From positions 1-64,000 of the IMG/VR virus record IMGVR_UViG_3300046820_001584: a DNA stretch of 64,000 nucleotides. One strand, written 5' to 3'. The position numbers were made by a program, and so were the translations under genes. A model generated the notes under the pieces. It worked only from the letters and a program-made list of their open reading frames with translations. It did no database searches and was not told the DNA's origin. How positions within the stretch are numbered: the first letter of the stretch is position 1; each line of letters starts with the position of its first letter. Source of the DNA: a virus. Shown here in pieces: positions 36,801 through 46,033 of this stretch.

Positions 36801-39800
36801 AGAATACTTAATAACCCTTCCAGTTGTAAGCGCATCTTTCTTAACACTTGTTCCAAAGGCGAATAAGGCCATCTCTATTTGTTTTGACGCAGATAGTAGG
36901 GCTGCTTGTGTTTTATTTAAAGCTGCATGACCTAATGTGAGTCCAGGCATATATGGCAAAGAACCTTGTACCCCGTATGTGTTTGTTCTAACACCGCCAT
37001 TGCCAACTACTGTTGTTTTTGATCCAGTCAATGGGCCAGGCTTACGCTCTGGTGCTTCTACTGGCGCAGGAACATATGCCGCTGCACGTTCTGCCTTAGC
37101 TCTTTCTTGTGCTGCACGAGCCGCAGGATTTCCCTTACGACCATAATAATCTTTGCTACGACGAATGATTCCACCAGCTTCAAAACCTGGTATTATCTTT
37201 CCGCTTTCAGAAGGACTAAATATTTCTGGGCCTTTTTCTCCAACAATATAATTTTGTCCTGGAGATACTGGACCGCCCATTTCTCTTTTGCCATCAATAC
37301 CGAATATTGTTTTCTTAAGTTCTGCAGTAATAGGGGTATCTTTTTTTGAATCCCAGTTTAGATATTTCTTTCTAAGAATGTCTTTATCAATTGGAGATAG
37401 CTGTCTTATAAGATTTCTATCACTAAACAAATCGCTAGCTGCCGATCTAATAACTGAATCTAATGATGCTGGCTCAAGTGCATTCTTTAAAGAGCCCTTT
37501 GCATCTTTAACATAACCGTAAGGCTTTTCTTTTGCTAAAGCTGCAGCAAATTTATCATAAAGTAGTTTTTGTGTATTTTTTCTTAATCCAGAATTTGCAA
37601 ACAATTTGTTTGCCATTTCGATTGAAAGTGAATTAACTCCCCAAGGGGCTGACTCATACATGCTTGGCTTAGGGGCACCAGTAGGACCAAATCCAGCACC
37701 TATTCTTCTCATGGCTAATCCCTTTAGCACATTGCCAATTGATCCACCTCCGTTAAATCCGTTAAGAGGTGTTTTAAATGAATTGTCAGAAAGAGATACT
37801 GCGTGTCCTCTTTGTCTAATTCTTAGTTCTGCTTCTTCCTTTAGCTTTTGAAGTGCGGCTGGGGTAAGAGCCTTTGATTGTGAAACCTTAACTGCAGAAT
37901 GTATTCCATGGAATTCTTCCCAGTTTACTCTTCTTCCATCTTCAAGTCTCTTGATCATTGCTGCATATACAGCAGACTCTTCTGTGTTTAATTTACCAAG
38001 GGACTTGGCTACTGTTTCTTTAAGTCTAGGTAATACATCATCTATCTCATCTATCATAGCCTTATGATATTGTTTTGGAGTCATTCCCTTTGGAATAGCC
38101 AATGTAGATTCAGCAAAGAATCTTCTTGCTCCGCCCTTTACTCCTAGCAGATTAATATTTGCTTGGTCTTTCATTGAAATCATATTTTCTTCATATGATC
38201 TCTTACCAGAAGCTGTCTTAAATACACCAGCAGTACCTACGTCATTTAATGTGCTTCCATAAAGGTTATCTGGGCTTAAATCTTTATCACCTCTTAGATT
38301 AGCTGCAACTAACTGCTTGAAATAATCTTTCTTTGTAAATTCTCCAGATGCTTTTGCAAATGCTTCATCATAAGGAGACTCTAGAACTAATAGTTTTCTT
38401 CTACCTGCTGGATCGGTAGGATCAATCATTGTTCTAATTTCTTGCTTAGGGGCATTTAGTCCATGTGCCTCTCTAGCAATAATAGTAGCCCTTTGTTCTG
38501 CAAGTGCTGCGGTTTCATCCATTACTGGTTTAACAAATACTCTTGTGCCATCTGCTTTTTCATATAAACCGCCAATACCTGGAACTGGGAAACTTCTTCC
38601 TGTTGATGGAGAAATTAACTTACCAAAATCTGTTACAGGCATTCCTGCAAATCTACTGGTTTGTACTCCAGAATTAATTTCTTCCATGGTAAGTCTAGCT
38701 TTTCTTTGTAGTTCTACATCTTTAAATCTTTTTGGTATCCCAAGGAACAATGGTCTGCCATATGAGCGCTTGCCCTTTGTAACAGTACCACCAATCATTC
38801 CGCCAGCATTTTTTCTTTCTACTACATTTCTTTTTAAAAGCTTTAATTTAGCTGCAGATCCTCCTGCAGCAACAATGCTTGAATCAATAAATGGAATAAA
38901 TGAATCGAAAGTTATATCTCCCTTCTCATCTCCAATTTTCTTTGACTCTTTGCCCTTTAATGATGCAGCAATTTTTGCATCAATTTCTCTTTCAGTATCT
39001 GCCCACTTTGATCTGTGAACTCCTGAACGTTGCATTATAGTATCGTATTTGCCAGTACGAGACATATTTCTTTCTAAGAAATTTTTAGCAATTAGTGTAC
39101 CGTGGTTTGCTTGCAGATTAGATCTTGAATCATAATCAACTGTGTACTTGCTAACAAATCTTCTGCCATTTCTTACTGATGCTCTGGTTAAATGTGTAGC
39201 ATGAGTTACTCTTTCAAGATCCAAGGCTGGTAGCTTATTTTTTGCTAACAGTTTATCCAATGCTCCGCCACGCTCTAAATGGCCTGGCTCAATTGTAAAT
39301 GTATCTCTTGCAAATCCCTTGTCCATTCCGCCTCTTCCAGTTCGTATAGAACCAGAAAAATCTTCTAGCAGGCTGGCTGCTCTTCTTCTTTCTCCAGCAG
39401 GCAAAGACCTTATGTAGTCATTAAGTACTGCCCTTGTTGTTGCTCCTCTAGCTAGCCAAGATCTAGATCCGTAGCCTCCTACGTACTGTGCATCTCTTTC
39501 TCTTACGGCTGCTCTTTGTAAATTTCTTTTTTCAGCTAGTAAAACTAACTGCTTTCTATATGCTGTTCTATTTGATGTAAATAGTCCTCTTATTATTGCG
39601 GCAGATGGAGGAACTAATCCATAGCTAGATCTAGAAAGCGTAATATTTCCACCAGCCATATTTGCCTGAAGAGGAGTTCCATTATTTGCAGCATCTACTG
39701 CTCTAAATAATTCTGGATTATTTTGTATGCCTGGGCCAAATACTGTTTCTTGTGGAGTAAGCAATGCTGTTATATTGCTGCCAGATTTTTTATGTGTTGA

Positions 39801-42677
39801 AGGTGCGGCTGCAACAAGTGCTGCGTTTCTTGGATCTAGCGAAGCTTCTTGATTTAATACATATCCGCCAATTGGTACTGATCCCATTCTGTCATCATAT
39901 GTAATTGATGCTGGACCAGTAACCCGTGTTTTATTTGAACCAAATTCTTCAATTTTACCGCCCTCATTAAATCTAGGCTTTGTTGTTTGTATGCTGTATC
40001 CAGCACCTGAAGTTCTAACGCCAAGACCACGTGCAATAGAATCTACAAGCTTGGAAGTTTCTGATTTATGGAAAAGTTCTTTCATGTTTGACTTTCCAGC
40101 TGCGCTTACAACTGGCTGAGTTGTTAATGGCACTGTAGTCAAACTAATAGTTCTTGCTTGAGCTGCTGCAACACCTTGTGCTGTTTGAACCATCATTGCT
40201 TCTACTTGTGCGTTTAATGCAAATATTTTAGCTCTTGCTGCTTCGACTGTAATCTTACCAGCTTGTAGCTGCTTAACAATTAAAGCGGTTTCGTCTGCTG
40301 CCAAAGAAGTTATCTTTGTCATTTGTGGAAGTAATGCTTGGTATGAATCTGCTAATGACGCAGTTACTGTTCCTGTAGCAGCAACTTCAGTTTTAAGTAA
40401 TGCTAATTCTGCCTTTGACTGCATAGCAATTGCTGCTGTCATAGAATGCCACTTTGCTGCTTCTGCTGCAACTATACCATTAGAGACTCCATTTACTGAA
40501 GTAACTCCAGGAATTCTTGGAAGATCGTCATTCATATATGTCTGTGGTGAATTTGAAAGTCTTAGGTTTACTGGCTTAGGGCCAGGCACTGTAGAGAATA
40601 TTGTTTCACTTGCTCTTTGTTCTGCAGTTTTTGATCCAGTTGGAATAACATGAGACATGTCTCTTGAATAAGGTCTACCTACAAGAGGGTTATTTTTATC
40701 TACAATTCTTCCTCCACCTCGTGTAACTGGATTTCCAGCCACGGTAGACATACTATTGTTTGTTGCAATAGTAGAAGACATAGCGCTTTGCTTTAGTTTG
40801 TCAAATGAGGCTGCTAAGGTTAAGACTGCATCTGAAAATGTTGCAGCTGCTTTTGTATCGCTGTAAAATGCTTGTTCTACAGTTTTAGCAGCTGACTCTG
40901 CTGCAATTAGTTCTGGTGTTAAAAGCTTAAATCCTGTTCCACCCTTGCCAATATTTTTAAGTGCAAATATTCCTTTAATTATGTATCCAAAGAAGTTGGC
41001 AAGAACACCAGTTAACATAATGATTGGCCCAGCAATTGCTGTAAGGCTTCCAATAAATCCTAGAACTGCCTTAATCGGTCCAGGAAGGTTTCCTATAAAC
41101 TTTACAATTCCATCAATTGCATTTAATACAAATGTTCCTACCTTTAAGAACTGTTCTCCAATTACTGCGAGGTCTGCCTTTACAGCTTCGAGTGCTCTTC
41201 TATATTTACCAGAAGCAGACTCTGTCATTGCTGTTAATTCTCGCTCAGATATACTAGCCAAATCTTGTGTGCTAGCTTTCATTAAGTCTAGGACCTGAAG
41301 TGTTTGGCTTCCTTCTTTTCCTAGGTTTTCAAATAATGCATTGATTCTTGCAAACTGGAACTTGCCAAATAGCTGTTCAATTGCTCTTGCTCTTTGTAGT
41401 GGTTGTAACGCATCTAACGAATCTTTAAGTGCCATAACTGTTCCAGTTAAGTTCCCAGCGTTTTTATCTACTATGCCAGCTAGATCAATACCAAATCCCA
41501 TAAATTGTTCTTTAGCAACCTTAGTAGGATTAATAATAGATGCAAGTGCTGACTTAAGAGCATTTGCACCTTCTGATGCATTGATTCCACCTTCACGCAT
41601 TGCAGTTAAATAAAGTGCAAGATCTTGTACATCTCCGCCTAGAGCCTTTACTACTGGACCAGCTTTAGGAATCGCTTCAACTAAATCTGCAAGGCTTGTT
41701 GATGTTTGGTTTTCAACTGCGTTAAGGAAGTCAATTGATTCAGCCAACTGCTGTGTATTTTGACCAAAAGCTGTTTGGATAGAAAGTGTAGCTTTCATTG
41801 CTTCTTGTCTATCAACTTCTCCAAGAACTGCAAGTCTTGTAGTTTGTCTAGTAGAGTCTAGTAACTCAACTCCTTGCTTTCCAGTTGCTGCAATATCAGC
41901 CGCTAGTGCAATTGTTTCATTAAAGTTTGCACCTAATCCTGATGCTAATTCTCTTGATAATGCTGTAACATCTTTTCTAACTTGTAATAAATCTGCTGAT
42001 GATGTTGCTGTTAATCCGCCATAAACCTTTGTAAGTCTTACAAGCTCTTCGTCTGCTTGTCTAAATGCTTTTGCTGCAGCCATTCCAAATGCTGCCAATG
42101 GTACAGTAAGTCCTACAGTAAGCTGTCTACCTGCCCACTGAGTATTCTTACCCCAGTTAATAAGTTGATTAGATCCATCCATCATCACCTTGTTCATGAT
42201 AGATAGTTCTTGTCTTAATAATGCTGATTTATTTTTTGTTGCATCTAGACCAGACTGAACCATAACATTGTATTGCATTAATCCTTGAGCATTTTTACCA
42301 AGTGGTTGAACTATGGCATTTTCAAGCATTACTTGTTGCTTAGCTAATTCTTTAACTAGTGTGCTAGTTTTTTGTGTATGACCCTGCCATGTTCTAAAAT
42401 ATTGGCCAAGCTTCATTCTACCGCTATCTAGATTTTGTCCAAACTTAGATACGTCTGATGTTAATGTTACAAAGTGTCTAGAGAACTGGCCAGTGGAGCG
42501 CATGGTTTCGTCAAACTGACGATTCATGACTCCAACCTGGCTAGTTAAATTTTTATTTAAACCAATTGTTGTAGCTTGAAGTTTTAGAAGTTGAGAGGTC
42601 ACCGCTTGTAACTGCGCTGTTAGGCCACTAAAATTAGCCGTCGCAGTTATGTTGGTAACTATATTTTGATCTGCCAA
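33873..42677 (-). CDS. Tape measure protein (2934 aa) with inserted domains
   Basis: TP901-type core (NWGKNTQWAGRQL...LNAVENQT...ANALKS), Ala/Gly-rich helices, VGE.GPE motifs, follows the tail chaperones. Confidence 0.92.
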   Translation of the reverse strand: MADQNIVTNITATANFSGLTAQLQAVTSQLLKLQATTIGLNKNLTSQVGVMNRQFDETMRSTGQFSRHFVTLTSDVSKFGQNLDSGRMKLGQYFRTWQGHTQKTSTLVKELAKQQVMLENAIVQPLGKNAQGLMQYNVMVQSGLDATKNKSALLRQELSIMNKVMMDGSNQLINWGKNTQWAGRQLTVGLTVPLAAFGMAAAKAFRQADEELVRLTKVYGGLTATSSADLLQVRKDVTALSRELASGLGANFNETIALAADIAATGKQGVELLDSTRQTTRLAVLGEVDRQEAMKATLSIQTAFGQNTQQLAESIDFLNAVENQTSTSLADLVEAIPKAGPVVKALGGDVQDLALYLTAMREGGINASEGANALKSALASIINPTKVAKEQFMGFGIDLAGIVDKNAGNLTGTVMALKDSLDALQPLQRARAIEQLFGKFQFARINALFENLGKEGSQTLQVLDLMKASTQDLASISERELTAMTESASGKYRRALEAVKADLAVIGEQFLKVGTFVLNAIDGIVKFIGNLPGPIKAVLGFIGSLTAIAGPIIMLTGVLANFFGYIIKGIFALKNIGKGGTGFKLLTPELIAAESAAKTVEQAFYSDTKAAATFSDAVLTLAASFDKLKQSAMSSTIATNNSMSTVAGNPVTRGGGRIVDKNNPLVGRPYSRDMSHVIPTGSKTAEQRASETIFSTVPGPKPVNLRLSNSPQTYMNDDLPRIPGVTSVNGVSNGIVAAEAAKWHSMTAAIAMQSKAELALLKTEVAATGTVTASLADSYQALLPQMTKITSLAADETALIVKQLQAGKITVEAARAKIFALNAQVEAMMVQTAQGVAAAQARTISLTTVPLTTQPVVSAAGKSNMKELFHKSETSKLVDSIARGLGVRTSGAGYSIQTTKPRFNEGGKIEEFGSNKTRVTGPASITYDDRMGSVPIGGYVLNQEASLDPRNAALVAAAPSTHKKSGSNITALLTPQETVFGPGIQNNPELFRAVDAANNGTPLQANMAGGNITLSRSSYGLVPPSAAIIRGLFTSNRTAYRKQLVLLAEKRNLQRAAVRERDAQYVGGYGSRSWLARGATTRAVLNDYIRSLPAGERRRAASLLEDFSGSIRTGRGGMDKGFARDTFTIEPGHLERGGALDKLLAKNKLPALDLERVTHATHLTRASVRNGRRFVSKYTVDYDSRSNLQANHGTLIAKNFLERNMSRTGKYDTIMQRSGVHRSKWADTEREIDAKIAASLKGKESKKIGDEKGDITFDSFIPFIDSSIVAAGGSAAKLKLLKRNVVERKNAGGMIGGTVTKGKRSYGRPLFLGIPKRFKDVELQRKARLTMEEINSGVQTSRFAGMPVTDFGKLISPSTGRSFPVPGIGGLYEKADGTRVFVKPVMDETAALAEQRATIIAREAHGLNAPKQEIRTMIDPTDPAGRRKLLVLESPYDEAFAKASGEFTKKDYFKQLVAANLRGDKDLSPDNLYGSTLNDVGTAGVFKTASGKRSYEENMISMKDQANINLLGVKGGARRFFAESTLAIPKGMTPKQYHKAMIDEIDDVLPRLKETVAKSLGKLNTEESAVYAAMIKRLEDGRRVNWEEFHGIHSAVKVSQSKALTPAALQKLKEEAELRIRQRGHAVSLSDNSFKTPLNGFNGGGSIGNVLKGLAMRRIGAGFGPTGAPKPSMYESAPWGVNSLSIEMANKLFANSGLRKNTQKLLYDKFAAALAKEKPYGYVKDAKGSLKNALEPASLDSVIRSAASDLFSDRNLIRQLSPIDKDILRKKYLNWDSKKDTPITAELKKTIFGIDGKREMGGPVSPGQNYIVGEKGPEIFSPSESGKIIPGFEAGGIIRRSKDYYGRKGNPAARAAQERAKAERAAAYVPAPVEAPERKPGPLTGSKTTVVGNGGVRTNTYGVQGSLPYMPGLTLGHAALNKTQAALLSASKQIEMALFAFGTSVKKDALTTGRVIKYSGDQLVVGARMLPGQIKSALNPLVTGIKYIGSQISTTAKAVGTQIKAAGSYLKGFAASPPPVAPGAYGGATLRQNFAANARYTTSNMLHPMQYMKNKGLINPATFGQGAVGSTVGMMGGMAVGGAVGGKLGGETGAMMGSMAGMMGGQSIMKGIGGKIATRAAASAATAGLASAGFGATAAAAAGLVAPLAAVTAAGYAGYKMWQHYKKGQELNVSTFGMTAEAAKKANLRFTDFGSKIKDTIQNSKDLADANRLVYESMKDGGTPFQMTIAEYKKLKVEVKETFKEQIDALDRQPSTKVPDAVRRIKEQLIAAGMSAEDATKKVYTMLQLSNKKDQAITATMGNVDFKAITDPQSAAVSAVTSFGKDTKDQGNKEKAASLNTALMATETGINDLIAKRERLVAKDLTGKTKSLSFAEAEKIMIDQINKSKEAGTVITQGTIDEMAKTNPEVKKMINGSDTVVSVWQKIRLQAKGFTGDLSQLNAAQTQLISDSFNAIATAVVATNSSKDGMLSKQYSALGKLEDQIKSYTKALKGQTVSQQISDREKISGLNKQIEANNKLADARKKALTAAQADADLGRQIEKTRLEMQNASATGDTQKAQELRLDLETLTTTQQTESQTKAIDKANEAANAPLKAAIEAMGNKQQKLADSAALAGESLDKVRGKYDEQKAAIDKVNNSMTALYGNAAAAGQSVEEYVKANKEAASGLVAAVEAATGQKMARYTETKAYEGGTLVTKKVPVTPQANALAILAKSGAGSPVNDALANSIKGGATLKDVVDAVKGKTPGSAALRKDIKVTGNYASQMEDKTFDGKKVQVLNAEARDAIRKRLDLQVGETFLFGGQKYGMNSTGGTPIWHAPKPKKAATGVMGGKGMFLVGENGPEFVHLKNRANIMPNDVMNTLAAASPRYNFNKAQYSLKDGSASGNSYVVNQNIYASEGMDVEALSNMIVKKAEIVIGQKAKINVKMVGQGKNI

Positions 42678-42681
42678 CTAC

Positions 42682-43047
42682 CTACTCCTTTTGGTATCCA
42701 AGTCCTGCTCCGATACCGAACCCTGCTTCTGAAGCAAACTGACCTTGTAGTGAAACAACATCTGATGCATCTGCAGATATTCCAAGAGCTCTTCTTCTTA
42801 CATCTTCAAAGCTACTTGTTTCTTCTTGTTCTCCACCATCAAGCTCTATGCCTTGAATGGAGGCCAGAAACTTTCTTTTTTCTGATTCAGACTTTTGCAT
42901 TGATTTAAAAGTTTGAATCAACTCTGGCATTGAAAGACTGTCTTCCAATTCCTCATAATTCTTATAGTTGCCTATTAAGAATACTTCTCCTTCTAGTGCA
43001 GCTAGATCTAGTTCTGACCAGCTAGAACCGCTGCTGCTAGCAAATTT
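42682..43047 (-). CDS. Tail assembly chaperone, -1 frameshift extension (gpGT-like)
   Basis: The -1 frame is open from the A-AAT-TTG heptamer (43047-43041) through WSELDLAALEGEVFL into the track ORF 42682..42948. Confidence 0.75.
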   Translation of the reverse strand, partial: KFASSSGSSWSELDLAALEGEVFLIGNYKNYEELEDSLSMPELIQTFKSMQKSESEKRKFLASIQGIELDGGEQEETSSFEDVRRRALGISADASDVVSLQGQFASEAGFGIGAGLGYQKE

Positions 43048-43340
43048 GGATCATCCATCTTGATGCCACCGCAAATTTCAAGAATGCGATTGATTGTTGG
43101 AACATCAAGGGTGTCTTCAAATGCGTCTCTATCTTTTACCAAATCTGGCAGTTGCTTTTCTAATGCTACTGCACAAGCGTCGATAAGAATGGTTAGTGTC
43201 TCGTCTTCTGTAGTTACTTCTGCTGTCTTTGCGATAGCCGCCATAAACTTTCTAAGCTCTTTAATTGTTAAAGGCTTTAGCTTTACGGTTGCACCATTTT
43301 GCAGTTGAATCTCTTCTACATCATATACTGTTGTTGCCAA
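43008..43340 (-). CDS. Tail assembly chaperone (gpG-like)
   Basis: Between the major tail protein and the TMP; LKPLTIKELRKFM; GGAGG SD. Confidence 0.8.
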   Translation of the reverse strand: MATTVYDVEEIQLQNGATVKLKPLTIKELRKFMAAIAKTAEVTTEDETLTILIDACAVALEKQLPDLVKDRDAFEDTLDVPTINRILEICGGIKMDDPNLLAAAVLAGQN

Positions 43341-43403
43341 TTTAAATCCTCCTAGGATCTCGTCTTAATTATTGTATCATATCAGAATTACCAATACAAT
43401 GTT

Positions 43404-43433
43404 AAAACCCCCCTAATTTCTTAGGGGGGTTTT
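43404..43433 (-). terminator. Intrinsic terminator after the major tail protein gene
   Basis: AAAACCCCCCTAA-tttc-TTAGGGGGGTTTT perfect stem. Confidence 0.8.
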
Positions 43434-43452
43434 ATTAATTAATAAAAATTAA

Positions 43453-44190
43453 TTATGCTGAGTGTGATGAGATGACACGGTCAATAATTAGTCCGTATTC
43501 CTGACCTGACTTAGCGCCGTCTGGAAGCAAACGGAATGTTACTGGGAATGTTGATGCTGCGTTACGAGCCAAAGAGAACTGTGACTGTTGTACAGAAAGA
43601 ACACGACGTGCATAATATACACGCTCAGTAATCAAACCAAGTGTACCGTCAGATGCTGCTGAACCACCTTGTGGTGCTGCACCGACTGCAACTAATTGAC
43701 GCTCATTTGGAGCCTGTCCAAGAGCACCAGCTTCTAGTCCAAGTGTACGCTTTGCAGCTGCACCTGTTCCTGAATCTGCGAGAGTTGATGTTCCCTGACC
43801 AAATACAGCAAGAATGTTCTCTAGAGTACCTTCTGCCATTTCTGTAGCGATCATAACTTCCATTGACTCCTTGAAAAGCTTTGCTGTATCAAGAAGCTGA
43901 TCTACTGTTACTGAACCGTATGATGGGTTGTAAGTAATCTGAAGACCGTTGTTTGTGTAACCTACGTTACGGAATTTGTTTGTTGCGTCTGCATTAAGAG
44001 TTTCTGTGTAAGACTTTCCTGCTGTCTTAACTACTGGGGTTCCAGTTGAAGTTTCGTTTTCGAAAGCTACACCAGATACTGAACCAGGCTCCATGTTTTC
44101 TACATATCCTGCTGTTGTGATGTCCTTAGTAGACAAGAAGAGCGGTGAAGCTCCAACAAGAATATTCTTAGCATTGTTATACTTTGCCAT
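43453..44190 (-). CDS. Major tail protein
   Basis: NILVGA...VGYTNNGL...VDQL...EGTLEN...FPVTFRLL; strong GGAGG SD; downstream terminator. Confidence 0.85.
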   Translation of the reverse strand: MAKYNNAKNILVGASPLFLSTKDITTAGYVENMEPGSVSGVAFENETSTGTPVVKTAGKSYTETLNADATNKFRNVGYTNNGLQITYNPSYGSVTVDQLLDTAKLFKESMEVMIATEMAEGTLENILAVFGQGTSTLADSGTGAAAKRTLGLEAGALGQAPNERQLVAVGAAPQGGSAASDGTLGLITERVYYARRVLSVQQSQFSLARNAASTFPVTFRLLPDGAKSGQEYGLIIDRVISSHSA

Positions 44191-44313
44191 GTTGTACTAC
44201 CTCCATTATTAAATAAATATATATATATTGACTTACTGTAAATCTTTAAAGCAAGCTGGCTAGGCTCATTTCCTCTTGGTATAAGTTTATCTTACAATCA
44301 ACTAAAAGGCAAA

Positions 44314-44820
44314 CTAATCGAATCTGCCTCTAGAGGTGACTGTCCTAGAGTATTTGACTTCTAATATAACGTCTGCGGAGAGGAAGCCTGCTAGCTCCTC
44401 TGATGGCTCTGTAGGAGACATGTCTACAATCATTGTATTGTGGAATATTATTTTGTCCGTAGACTTTGACCTATTTAGGTCTTTAGCAGAATCGTCCATT
44501 CTTCTAAATACATCAAGCATCATATTTCTAATAGAGTTTATTTCAGAATAGTCAACTGAGTATATTGTAAATGATAGTTTTTCACAACAGATCATCCAAT
44601 TCTCTTCATAGCTTGTGCCAATTTTGTCATACACTATATGAGTCTTGCCGCTTAAAAATTGATTCATTTCTGGTGCTTGCTGCACGGGGATAATAGGGAT
44701 AATTGTTTCTCCTATGTTATCGCTGTAATATGAATTTGGGTCTAGCATATTATTTACTTGAATTTGTTGCCATAGGTGCTTTCTTATTTCATACATTGCA
44801 TCTATATTATAATCTGTCAT
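44314..44820 (-). CDS. Tail terminator/completion protein (putative)
   Basis: Position directly upstream of the major tail gene; size. Confidence 0.55.
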   Translation of the reverse strand: MTDYNIDAMYEIRKHLWQQIQVNNMLDPNSYYSDNIGETIIPIIPVQQAPEMNQFLSGKTHIVYDKIGTSYEENWMICCEKLSFTIYSVDYSEINSIRNMMLDVFRRMDDSAKDLNRSKSTDKIIFHNTMIVDMSPTEPSEELAGFLSADVILEVKYSRTVTSRGRFD

Positions 44821-45614
44821 TATGCTGCCCCTCCAAATTGCTCAGTCAATGCTGAGTCTGCCTGTAGTCTAATTGTACCTGGACTAAAAGAATAACGCAC
44901 CTTGGCAATAGAGGAAGGAACTCTCATTGCTTTTTCAAATTTAGATCCGAATAGATTTTGAAAGCCAGAGGCTTTTATAGAATTAGATACTAGTGGACCA
45001 CTAAAATATCTGCTATAGGTAAGGTCAAATTGGTTAGTTGAAGCTCTTCCTCCAGGACTTCTTACTGTAACTGATTTACCCTTTGGCATAAAAACTACTT
45101 CTCCGTCAATCTCAAACACTAGTCTTTCTGCTGATTTAGGCCTTATAATAATTGGCATTCCTTTTTCCATTACAGCAGCTTTATTTGCAAAGACATATCG
45201 GCTTTTTTGTTTTCTATTTTTTGTTGGGACCGATGTTCTAGATATCTTAAGGTCATAGTTTATTTTAAATGAAAGACCAAGTGAATCTATCTTATTGAGT
45301 CTAAATAGCCTGTTTGTTGCTTGGCCAGTTTTATTCCATTCGTAAACATGATGTAATGATTTAGGCTTTGTACGTGCTTGAGAATCTATAAATAGCCCAA
45401 AATCTTTATCTATCTGATTAAATACTGTAGTTTTAAAAAGTTTTTGGAATGCTTTATTAGATGTAAGCTTTGCCGCAACATTTGCTTGATAGTATAAGAA
45501 TGCAGATATCTGTGCAACATTACTATCTTTTAAAACTCCAACCGCTGTTGATCCAACCATTAATCTTTCTAGGCCAGAAGCTGCTTGCAATAGTGCTACT
45601 CCGTTAGTCTCCAA
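44820..45614 (-). CDS. Neck/tail completion protein (putative)
   Basis: Position; LHHVYEW and I.PK....LVF motifs. Confidence 0.5.
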   Translation of the reverse strand: METNGVALLQAASGLERLMVGSTAVGVLKDSNVAQISAFLYYQANVAAKLTSNKAFQKLFKTTVFNQIDKDFGLFIDSQARTKPKSLHHVYEWNKTGQATNRLFRLNKIDSLGLSFKINYDLKISRTSVPTKNRKQKSRYVFANKAAVMEKGMPIIIRPKSAERLVFEIDGEVVFMPKGKSVTVRSPGGRASTNQFDLTYSRYFSGPLVSNSIKASGFQNLFGSKFEKAMRVPSSIAKVRYSFSPGTIRLQADSALTEQFGGAA

Positions 45615-46032
45615 TTATCTGATTCTCCGACCTTTTGGCAATTGAGTTATATGCCATAAGTGTTCCAAACGGATCTGTGATTGGTGTTGAGCTTACTATT
45701 TCAAATACTGTTGGTGTATCATTTGGGTAGTTTAATTCAAACCATATTACATTATTTGATGAATCTTTAATGTTAGTTATCTTTTGTCTGTATGTAATTG
45801 GGGTTTGTGTTCTAACTTCTATTGTTTGAGTATTTTCATATTTAGTTGATATAGACCTATTGTCTCCGCTTCTTGCAGTAGATGAATTAGATATCATTCC
45901 TTTTGCAAAGCACGGGATAGTCTTTTGATATATCCAAGACTTTTTGATAGCACCAGTATTTGGGTCCTGGTAATCTTCTTGCAGATATATATCTACTTTC
46001 ATATTGAAAATAGAATCAACTAAATTGTTCAT
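45604..46032 (-). CDS. Head closure/stopper protein (putative)
   Basis: Position and size; beta-rich. Confidence 0.55.
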   Translation of the reverse strand: MNNLVDSIFNMKVDIYLQEDYQDPNTGAIKKSWIYQKTIPCFAKGMISNSSTARSGDNRSISTKYENTQTIEVRTQTPITYRQKITNIKDSSNNVIWFELNYPNDTPTVFEIVSSTPITDPFGTLMAYNSIAKRSENQIIGD

Positions 46033-46033
46033 G

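Noticed and set aside
34414-41613. Many plus-strand ORFs antisense to the TMP and other long genes
   Set aside because: No SD or domain motifs; expected shadows of biased codon usage in the minus-strand genes
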